From: the human T2T-CHM13v2.0 reference genome, Homo sapiens
Assembly: GCF_009914755.1 (NCBI RefSeq)
Contig: NC_060926.1
Reading direction: 5' to 3' (one strand)
Length of the DNA: 64,000 bases
Shown: positions 53,367 through 64,000 of the stretch, one piece after another
How positions within the stretch are numbered: position 1 is the first letter of the stretch
Layout: every line of letters starts with the position of its first letter
Notes under the pieces: generated by a model
The model's input: the letters and a program-made list of their open reading frames with translations, nothing else
Database searches by the model: none
What the model was told of the DNA's origin: nothing
Made by a program: the position numbers and the translations under genes

Positions 53367-53750
53367 AGAACAAGTGCACTTGTTCTCACTCACATGCAAA
53401 AGCTAAAAGAGATGACCTCATAGAAGTTGAGAGTAGAATAGTGGTTACTAGAGGCTAGTAACGGTAGGTAGGAAAGAAGGAGAATAAGGAAGGATTGGTT
53501 AAAGGATACAAAATTACAGCTAGATAGAAGAAATAAGTTCTAGTGTTTTACAGCACTGTAGAGTGACTATGGTCAATAATAATTTATTATATATTTTCAA
53601 AGTTTGAAGAGATTCTGATTGTTCCCAACACAAATATAAGTGTTTGAAATGATGGATATGCTGATTACCTTGATTTGATCACTATGCATTGTATGTATCA
53701 AAAGTCATTATGCACCTAATATGTACACTATGTATCAACTTATAAAAAAT
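53367..53750 (+). mobile_element. L1MA 3' end inserted in the older L1
   Basis: tgttctcactca..gagagtagaatagtggttactagagg..gatacaaaattacagctagatag..gatggatatgct. Confidence 0.8.
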
Positions 53751-54407
53751 ATATGCATCAAGCACCAGAGCACTTAAATATATGAAGTAAACACTGACCC
53801 AATTAAAGGAAGAAATAGATAATTCTAGAATAATAGTATAAGACTTCAATACTACACCTTCAAGAATAGACAGAACAACCAGACTGAAGAGTAATAAGGA
53901 GTTAGAGGACTTGAACTACACTATAGACCAATTGGACCCAACAGACATATACAGAACAACCCACCAACAATAGCAGATCACATACTTTTCTCAAGTGCAC
54001 ATGGGTTGTTTTCCAAGTTAGACCATATATTAGGTCACAAAGTTAGTCTTAATAAACTTTTAAATGTTAAAATTATACAAATTATATTTTTCAATCATAA
54101 TGGATTGAAACTAGAAATCAAAAGCAAATGGAACACAGGAAAATCCACAAATTCCACATGGAAGTTAAGCAACACACTCTTAAACAGTGGGTCAAGGAAA
54201 AAAATTTTCAAAAAATTAGAAAAATCTTAAGGCAATAAAAGCAAAATATACCAAAACTTATGGGATAAAGTGAAAACAGTGCTAAAAGGGAAAATTATAG
54301 CCACAGGTGCTTACATTAAAAAGGAAGAAAGTCTCAAAAATCTGAATTTCTATCTCAAAGAGGCAGAAAACAATTAAAAACTAAACCCAAAGCTAGCAGA
54401 AGGAAAA

Positions 54408-54997
54408 TGTAAAGGTTAATTTTATGTGTTAACTTTAATGGGCTAAAGGATGTCCAGATAGCTGGTAAAATATTATTTCTTCCAATGTCTATGAGAGTGT
54501 GTCCAGATGAGATTAGCATTTGAATTGATAGACTAAATAAAAAAGATTGTCCTCACCAAATTTGGGGGACATCATGGAATCCATTGAGAGACCAAATGGA
54601 ACACAAAGGCAGAAGAGCACATTCACCTTCTTTACTTGAGCTAAGTTATTTAATTTTTTCTTTATACATTTGTGCTCCTGGTTCTTTGGCCTTCAGACTC
54701 AGACTGGGATTTAAACCATTGACTCCCTTGTTCTCAAGCCATAACAAACTTGGGCTGGAACTATACAACTGGCTGTCCCGGGTCTCCAGCTTGCAGATGG
54801 CAGATCATGAGACTTATAGCTCATAATTTCTCATAATAAATGTTTTCTTTTCTTTTTTCTTCTTTCTTTCTTTTTCTTTCTTCCTTCCTTTCTTTCTTTC
54901 TGTCTTTCTTTCTTTCTTTCTTTCTCTCTCTCTTTCTCTTTGTCTCTTACTTTCTTTCTATTGGCTTTATTCTGTCTGGAGAACCCTGACTGATACA
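54408..54997 (+). mobile_element. MLT2 (ERVL) solo LTR with internal (TTTC)n/(TC)n tract 54843-54958
   Basis: tgtaaaggttaattttatgtgttaact..ctggagaaccctgactgataca. 5-bp TSD GAAAA at 54403-07 and 54998-55002. Confidence 0.88.
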
Positions 54998-57074
54998 GAA
55001 AAAGAAAATAAAAATTAAGTCAGAGATAAACAATTAAAGGTAATAGAAAAAACAATAAAGAAAAATCAACAAAATTCAAAGTTGGTTCTTAAAAAAAATC
55101 AACAAAATGTATAAATGTCTGGCAAGATTGACTAAGAAAAAAGGGAGATGACTCAAATCACTAAAATTATAAATGAAAGGAAATATTCCTATCAATTTTA
55201 CAGAAGTAAAAAATCATAAATATGCCTTGAACAAATATATACCAATGAATTGGAAACCTAGATGAAATTGATAAATTCCAGAAACTCGTAAACTAACAAC
55301 ACTGAATATCGAAGAAATCTGAGCAGATTTTAAACTAGTAAGGAGATTGAATCAGTAATCAAAATCTCAACAACAGAAAAAGACTAAGTCCTAGAAGTCT
55401 TCATTAGTGAATTCTACAAATCATTTATTTAATAAAGACTTAACTTTAATATTCCTCAAACTCTTCCAAAAAGTTTAAAATTCCAACTAATTCAATTAGA
55501 CTATCACTACCCTGATAATGAAGCCAGCCAAAGATACTATAAGAAAACTATAGACTAATATCCGTGGTAAGTACTAATTCAAAAATCCTTAGTAAAATAC
55601 CAGGAAACAGAATACAATAGCACATTAACAGGATTACACACCATGGCCAAGTGTAATTTTTTGCTGGAATGCAAGGATGGTTCAACATCTTAAAATCAAG
55701 CAATGTAAATACAACATTAACAGAATGAAGAAAACATCACATGATGATCTGAATTCATGAATAAAAGTATTTGACAAAATTCAACACCTTTTTATAATCA
55801 AAAACATCTTGAGCAAACTATAAATAGAAGGAAATTACATCAAAATAATAAATATCATATATGAACATCCCATAGCTGACATTATAGTTAATGGTCAAAG
55901 ACAAGACTTTTCATCTGAGATTAATAACAAGACAAGGGCACTCACTCTCACCATTTCTTTTCAACACTGTACTAGATATTCTAGCCAAAGCAATTAAGAA
56001 ATAAAAGAAGAAAATTCTAATTGAAAAGAAAGAAGTAAAATTAACTGCAGACAATATAATAGAAAATTCTAAAGATTTCACAAACTGTTAGAACCAATAA
56101 ACAAATGTAGGAAAGTTACAGAACACAAGATCAACATACAAAAGTCAGTTGTTTCTAGACACTAACAATAAACAATTTAGAGGAGCATCAGAAAGAATAC
56201 TTAGAAATAAACTTAACCAAGGAAGTGAAAGACTTGCACACTGAAAATTCAAAATGTTGCAGAAATAAATTAGGAAAACACAAATAAGTGAAAAGATATC
56301 CCAAGCACACAAATAAGAAGATTTAATATTAAGGTCTCAATAGATCTACAGAACAATCCATGCCAAAATCCCAACAGTGTATTTTGCCAAAATACAAAAA
56401 TTCATTCTAAAATTCATAAGGAATTTCAATATACCCCAAATAGCCAAAGCAATCCTAAAACAAAAACAAAGTTTCAGGCTTCACACTTTCTGGTTTCAAA
56501 ATGTAAATCTGCAGTAGTCAAAACAATGTAGTACTGGCATAAAGACAGATATAATACTGGTACAATATAAAGCTACAGTAATCAAAACAGTGTAGTACTG
56601 GCATAAAGACAGACATAGAGACCAGTTGAATAGCATAGAGAGCCCAGAAACAAACCCTCACAAATATCATCAAATGATTTTGACAAGAGTGCCAAGAGCA
56701 TTTAATGAAGAAAGTATAGTCTTTTCAACAAATAGCTCTGGAAAAACTGGCTATTTATATGTATAAAAATAAATTTAAACCTTACAGCATTTATAAAAAT
56801 TAAGTCAAAATGAAAGAAACACCTACATATAATACATAAAACTATAAAACCCTTAGAAGAAAACAACCAAAAGCTTTATAACATTGGATTTGGCAATGAT
56901 TTCTTGGACATGACACCAAAAGCGCAAGAATCAAAAATAAATAAATTGGATATGTCAAAATGCTAAAAGTATGTATCAAAGGCATAATCAACAGAGTAGA
57001 AAGGCAACATATGGAAAGAAATAAAATATTTGCAAATCAAGTATCTGATAGGAAATTAATAAATATAATATAAA

Positions 57075-57120
57075 GTATATATCTACACACACACACACAC
57101 ACATATATATATACACACAT
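57075..57120. repeat. Compound (TA)n/(CA)n microsatellite
   Basis: tatatatctacacacacacacacacacatatatatatacacacat. Confidence 0.8.
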
Positions 57121-57189
57121 TAACTAAACACTAAAAAACTTTTGTACACCAAAGGACACTATCAACAGATAGTAAAAAGTCAACCCATG

Positions 57190-57508
57190 GACTAGGTGCA
57201 GTGGCTCATGCTTGTAATCCCAGCCTTAGGAGGCTGAAGCAGGAGAATCACTTGAAGCCAGGAGTACGAGACCTGCCTGAGCAACACAGTGAGTCCTCAT
57301 CTGTACAAAAATTTTTAAAACTAGCTAGGTATGGTGGTAGGTACCTGTAGTCCCAGCTACTTGGGAGACTGAGGTGGGAGGATTGCTTCAACCCAGGAGT
57401 TTGAGGTTACAGTGAGCTATGATTATGTCACTGCATTCCAGCCTGGGAGACAGACCAAAACCCTGTCACTAAAAACACAATGAAACAAAGCAAAACAAAC
57501 AAACAAAC
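57190..57508 (+). mobile_element. AluJ SINE
   Basis: gggaggattgcttcaacccaggagtttgaggttacagtgagctatgatt J-type diagnostics and (AAAC)n tail. Confidence 0.9.
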
Positions 57509-58086
57509 ATGAAATGGTAGAAAATATTTGCAAATCATATAGTCTGAAAAGGAATTAATATCCTCTTAATATATAAAGGACTTCTACAACTTAACAACAA
57601 CAAAAAAACACTCAATTTTAAAAAAAATTGGTAATGGACTAGAATAGACATTTCTCCAAAGAGAATATACAAATGGCCAATAAGCATGTGAAAAGATGTT
57701 AAACAATACTAATCATTAGGGAAATGTAAATCAAAACCACAATAAGATACCACTTTACATCCTTTAGGATGGTTACCATAAAAAGAAAGAAAAAGCAAAA
57801 TAAAACCAAAAAAGCAAAATAGAAAATAAAAAGTGTTGGCAAAGATGTGGAGAAATTGGCACCCTTTTGCACTGTTGGTGAGAATGCAAAATGGTGCAGC
57901 TGCTATGGAAAATACACAAAAAAATTAAAAGTAGATTCTCAAAAGAAATGTTTGTAAACCCATATTCATAGCAGCTTTACAACTGCTGAAAGGTGAAAGC
58001 ATTCAAAATGACTGCTGATAGATGAATGGAGAAACAAAATGTGGTACATATATGTAATGCATTATTCAGTCTTGAAAAGGAATAAA

Positions 58087-58447
58087 GTCACAATGGCAAA
58101 GACATGGAATCAACCTAAATGCCCATCAGTGATAGATTGGATAAATAAAATGTGGTATGTATATACCATGGAATACCATGAAGCCATAAGAAAGAATGAG
58201 ATCATTTCCTTTACAGGGACACCGATGGAGCTGGAGGCCATTATCCTTAGCAAACTAATGCAGGAACAGAAAACCATGGAGAATAGAGGGTAGGAGGAGG
58301 GAGAGGATTAGGAAAAATAACTTATGGGTACTAGGCTTAATACCTGGATGATGAAATAATCTGTACAACAAACCCCCAGGACACAAGCTTACCATATACA
58401 ACAAACCTGCAGTTGTACCCCAGCACTTAAACTAAAAGTTAAAAAAA
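58087..58447 (+). mobile_element. L1PA13-16-type 3' end with internal deletion
   Basis: gcaaagacatggaatcaacctaaatgcccatcag..ggaaaaataacttatgggtactaggcttaatacctgg..aaagttaaaaaaa. Confidence 0.8.
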
Positions 58448-58621
58448 CAGAAAGAAATCTGACCCATGCTATAGCATGGATAAACCTTGAGAAAATTATG
58501 TTAGGTGAAATAAATCAGTCACAAAATGACAAATACTATATGATTCTACTGGTATAATGTACCCGAGACTAGTTAAATTCATAGAGACAGAAAGTAGAAC
58601 AATGATTCTGAGGAGATAGAG

Positions 58622-59071
58622 CAGGAGTCCTCAACTCCCTCTCCTCTTCCCCGCCCCCTGTACTGGTCAATGGCCTGTTAGAAACCAGGCCACACAGCAG
58701 GTGGTGAGCAAGCATTACTGCCTAAGTTCCACCTCTTGTCAGATCAGCAGGGGCATTAGATTCTTACAGGAACAGGAACCCTACTGTAAACTGCACATGC
58801 GAGGGATTTAGGCTGCATGCTCCTTATAAGAACCCAATGCCTGATAGTGTGTCACTATCTCCCATCATCCCCAGATGGGACCATTTAGTTACAGGAAAAC
58901 AAGCTCAGGACTCCCACTGACTCTACATTATGGTAAGTGTGTAATAATAATAAAGTGCACATTAAATGTAATGTGCTTGAATTATCCCGAAACCATCCCC
59001 CACCATCCTATCCATGGAAAAATTGTCTTACATGAAACCAGTTCCTGGTACCAAAAAGATTGGGGACCACT
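58622..59071. mobile_element. MER1A hAT-Charlie element
   Basis: caggagtcctcaac..gtcagatcagcaggggcattagattct..gaaaccagttcctggtaccaaaaagattggggaccact. Confidence 0.85.
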
Positions 59072-59834
59072 CTTTTAATGGATACAGAGTTTCAGTTTTA
59101 CAACATAAAAAGAGTCCTGGAGATAGACGGCAGTGATGGTTGCACAACAGTGAGTATAATTAACAGCACTAAATGGTAAATTAGAAAATTGTTAAGATAG
59201 TACATTTTATGTCTATCTTACCACAATTAAAAATTAAAATACCAGTGCTACTGATGCTCTTAGCAGTGCCAGATGTTTCAGGTATTATGCTCTCTTTAAC
59301 AAAAACCACTTCCCATTTCTAGTTTAAACTCATACCTATGAAATTAGAACCCTCCTGGGGCACTGGAAAGCTTCAATCTGTGTTTTTGAACTTGTTCATG
59401 GTTTTTCACTGAGGTAACTAGTAAAATTATCTACACTGTTACTTACGGAAGGATTCGCTTCACAGTGTGAGTAAAACCTCAGAAATTTGGGGAGGGTTTT
59501 AACGATGATGGTCATTTAAAAGTAATTAACTATAACTCTTCAGTGAATGAGAATATTTTGGAAGAATATTTACATCTAAATTGAGTTTACTGTCTTATCA
59601 CCATAAGATATATACATAAAAAAATTACATTCAGAGCCAGGAATCAAAATCAGGCAAGAACCAGGGTACAAAATAAATTTTACCAAGTCAAGCCTAAATT
59701 TCAACTAGAAAGCTAGTTAATTATTTGAAGGACTGAAGATGGTCTGATTCCTAGATTAAATGCAGTTGAGAAGTGTATTTGCACTGAGTGTATGAGGCAT
59801 GAAACGACAGACTGAATGTTTTGGAACAGAAGCT

Positions 59835-60240
59835 GTCTTAGTTTAAATTGCTGTGAAAACAGAGCCTGAAACAAGAATTTGGATGAAGATTATTTATTTG
59901 AATGGTGATCCCAAGAAGTAGGAGTGAGGGCTCAGGAATGTCAAGATAGAGTCAGGGAAAGAGAAAACTCCAACATAAGATGCTTTCTCATTGTCACTCG
60001 TACTGGTGGGAAACTCAGTTCTGCTGAATCTCCCTGTAAAGCATCCTTACCTCAATCATTTTATCTCACATGGCATCAGGGAAGGCCTTGGATCAGGAGA
60101 AGCTGCATGTGCTTGTAGAAGGACTCTCAGCACAAAGGGAATATGAGGTCATAAAGAGCTACAGAGTTGTGGCTAAATCAAAAGTAGGCCAAGAGGACTT
60201 GAAGATGAGAAAGAGAGCTTTTGCTACAGGCCACTCCTTG
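59835..60240. mobile_element. LTR16-like ERVL LTR (old)
   Basis: tgtcttagttt..aaacagagcctgaaacaagaatttggatg..tttatttgaatggtgatcccaagaag. Confidence 0.5.
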
Positions 60241-60461
60241 CACTACTCTCATAAACTTGTTACTCTTAGATATACTCCATCACCAACTCAAGATGATATT
60301 TAGCCAAAATATCTATGAAAGATTTAACCTAATGATAAACTTTAATTTCCATTGCTGCACCTTTTCTCTAGTCCACAACTGGCATTTGTTACCTCCTTCT
60401 TCCACTGCCCAGTGTATGACTGAAATCTTCATCCAAGAAAGATATGGACTCTGATAACCTT

Positions 60462-60766
<305 letters not shown>

Positions 60767-62198
60767 TAACCTTATTTTTATTAAGCCATGGTTGCTGCAA
60801 TTGGAAATGTGATGGTATTTAGGTCCCTGGGTATCAGTGTCAGCTCAATACCTCCTATTCATTTGTGTACCCTACTATACAATTTAGCAGGTGAATTATC
60901 TAGTAAGTGGACCCAAGTCCCTTTGGGGAAGAATCAGGGAATATTATATACAGTATACTTGCACTGAGGTTCCTCCTCAATCGGACCCTGCTCCTGGAAC
61001 TAAGAACTTAATCTGTTTACAAATTAGGTAAAAGACTGTGATTTTCTATTATGGTGCTGACCTTAGTCTCCCACTCATGTGTTCTTAATCTTATTGAATA
61101 TATACATCAAACAGCACCTCAATTGACAGTTAATACCTTGATTCTGCCCATCTCTCTTGTCTCTAGCAACCCTTTGTTTAATAGGCATTTCCAACTATCC
61201 CTGTAGTTGAGGCTCCTGGATTATCATGCCAGTTGTTCATTAAAGTAATTGCATTTACCCTGCTTCTGGTGGTTAAATGCTTCCACCTGGCATGTGCCTT
61301 TCTGGAATTCTATCCCTATTGACTTTAGGAAGCCCCTTTTCATAGAATCATCTCCTACCAACAAATATGGCCTACAGAAGACAGTCATGCTTAAGCTGCT
61401 CAGAGCTGTTTGTGTATATGTTCCCTTCCCAGGTTCCCATTTATTACTTTAGTGACTACAATGTCAACATTCCATTCTACCAGAAAAAATATTCAGTATT
61501 CCTCTTAGAACTGTCCACCAGAATGACTGCATGCTGGAGCATTTATCTACAACAATCCCAGGGACGTTAACTGTCCCACACATCTGGGCTGAGCTTGTAT
61601 GTTAATCAAAGAGGGTTCCAGACAAATTGGGGAAGACTAATTGGAGAGACAGAAATAGATGCATAGCACACATTTGAGATGGGATTTGTCATCATGAAGT
61701 CACTCATATAAAACCATCTACCACAACTGTTGATTAGATCAGACAGATGCTGAAGAGATATGCTATGGGGTCCTAAGATATCTGCTCTGCAGGCTCTGTC
61801 ATAGGAGTAGGCATGGTGTTCTGCACATTTTCTAATTTTTCATATAAAGGAGTCTGCATAAAATTTGGGAGAGAGAAAACCTACAAAAGCACAGAATCAT
61901 AGATGGGTTAGAGCATGAGGTCACAATCATGTGACAGAGTTCAGAGATGAACAGCTCTGGAAGACATCCTAACTCTCCCAACACATACACACATTTCTGT
62001 CATGAAGAGTGGGGTATAGGACAGCTGAAAGTTTGGAATTTGGTGGCATAGGGAAAATAACCTCATCTGACTCCTATGTACCTGATTAAACTTTTACTAT
62101 ATGTTGCTTATGGTTAATAAGAATTCTTTGGAAAAGAAGACTACCTGTCAGTTACACGAGCCATATATAAAATCTTTTTTTAAAAAAATACTTAGACC

Positions 62199-62490
<292 letters not shown>

Positions 62491-63546
62491 TTACTTAGAC
62501 CATTACAGATTAAGCTCAAGCTCCCTTCCCTTTTACTCGTAATCTGGTCCATGTGTGCTCCTTTCTTTCTCAGAGGCATCCACTACTGTGACTTATAACG
62601 AGTCATGTGTTTTTCTTAACATTTATACACATTTATGAGCCCACAGGTAATACATATTATTGTTATCCATTTTCATAAGCATCTCTTTCAAATGCCTGTT
62701 GTAGGAGTCCTAGCTAGAAGATGGAGCAAACTACGTCTCCTCTTTTGCAGTAGTGATATTCTCAGGAATGCCAGAAGATGGGATTATACTGACAAAGACA
62801 ATTATCCTGAAAAACTAATTATCTGGGGGTATTTGTGAAAAGAAACACGAAAATGTGTGTTCAAGTAATAGATTATGGGGAAATGGGAAGTCCAACACTG
62901 GGTTAACACTAGCTCATCTTATATTTGGGGTCAGCTAGTGTTGTGAATCAATCCAGTATTAATGTTGCAATAAGATGCAAAGAAGAGTCAGCTTTATTGC
63001 ACAAATGAACAGAAAGGGGATAAACAACCACAGAAAAAAACATACACCTGAATCCTTTCATACCTCCATGTTTCTGTGTTGAGTAGAGAGAGGGTGAAAG
63101 TATAAGCGTCCTCAGTGCTGTGTGATACAAAGAAGGAGGGATGGTGTATGTGAAGGAAGAACAAGCCAAAGCCCTCCTGGCATGAATGTACATGGGAGTG
63201 AGTGGGAAAGACACTGTCCATTACTATATAACATTTATTCTCAAAACATGGAACTGAGATTTAACAGAATGTTATTATCCTTTTAGTCTGAATCAATTAT
63301 TCATATCAGACCAGAATACATTGTCTCTCAATTTATTAACAGTACCCAGAAATTTTATTCTTTCTGAAATATTTATTTAGAATCTCTTATGTTCCAGTCA
63401 CAATTTTCAGAGGCAGTTTCTGAATATATAGAATTCTATATATAATATTCAGAATTGTATTCTATAGTTACCTCAAAAGGCAATGCAGGGATTTTAATAC
63501 CTTACATGAGATAAAAATATGTGAAAGCAGTTTGCATGATCTAAAA

Positions 63547-63765
63547 CAGGATTTAGCAAACTTTTTCTGTAAAAGGCCAGGTAGCAAATATTTTCAGCTT
63601 TCTTGGCCAAATGAATAGGTGGCCAGATTTTAGCTCTTCAATTCTGCTGTTGTACAAGAATAGCCATGAACAACACACAAATAAGCATAGCTGTGTTTCA
63701 ACACAACTTTACTTACACAACTGTTAGCAGAGTTTAGAACACAGGCCATGGTTTGCCAACCCCTA
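63547..63765. mobile_element. MER58A hAT-Charlie element
   Basis: caggatttagcaaactttttctgtaaaaggccaggtagcaaatatttt..ggccatggtttgccaacccct. Confidence 0.85.
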
Positions 63766-63929
63766 CGGCTTCTTCCTCCCATAAGTTCTCCTGAAAATGA
63801 ACACTTAGCAAATAATGACTTTATGTTTTCACTTTGAGAGCTTTTCTTCTTCTGATGTCCCTTTAAGAATATGAAGTAACTCATAAAAGGAAAACGATGT
63901 TTGATGTGATCTCTAAACTTAGGATCACT

Positions 63930-64000
63930 AATTCATTCAGCAGTTATTCACTGAATGCCACATTTGTGCCAAGCACTGCTTTAAGTGCTGGCAAAATAGA
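63930..64000 (-). mobile_element. L2 3' end
   Basis: attcattcagcagttattcactgaatgccacatttgtgccaagcactg. Confidence 0.6.

Larger units (their letters stand above)
52005..59240 (+). mobile_element. Long degenerate L1MB-type element (5' UTR remnant, ORF2 relic, 3' UTR) with nested insertions
   Basis: 5' aagatggtggactaggaagctcc. EN-like relic SKLDHILGHKVSLNK (ORF 54006-54230). RT-region ggaatgcaaggatggttcaacat. L1MB 3' end ttcatagagacagaaagtagaa..gatggttgcacaaca..accacaattaaaaa. Confidence 0.85.

Overview
AT-rich primate genomic DNA, most likely human. The window holds the 3' end of CTNNA2 (alpha-N-catenin) on the + strand: four coding exons (4275-4380, 8387-8521, the 144-nt cassette exon 19301-19444, and terminal exon CDS 47821-48108) and a ~0.9-kb 3' UTR with tandem polyA signals. 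The rest is intron or downstream DNA containing L1, Alu, MIR, L2, LTR and DNA-transposon relics. Nearly all short ORFs in the supplied track are spurious or L1/Alu-derived. I found no credible new gene or multi-gene system. The most unusual structure is an L1PA insertion (26935-28811) that records three separate rearrangements: a twin-priming 5' inversion, a perfect 48-bp fold-back palindrome replacing ~50 bp of ORF2, and a 24-bp tandem duplication across the L1/TSD junction. Repeat subfamily names come from recalled consensus sequences, and boundaries of old repeats are approximate.
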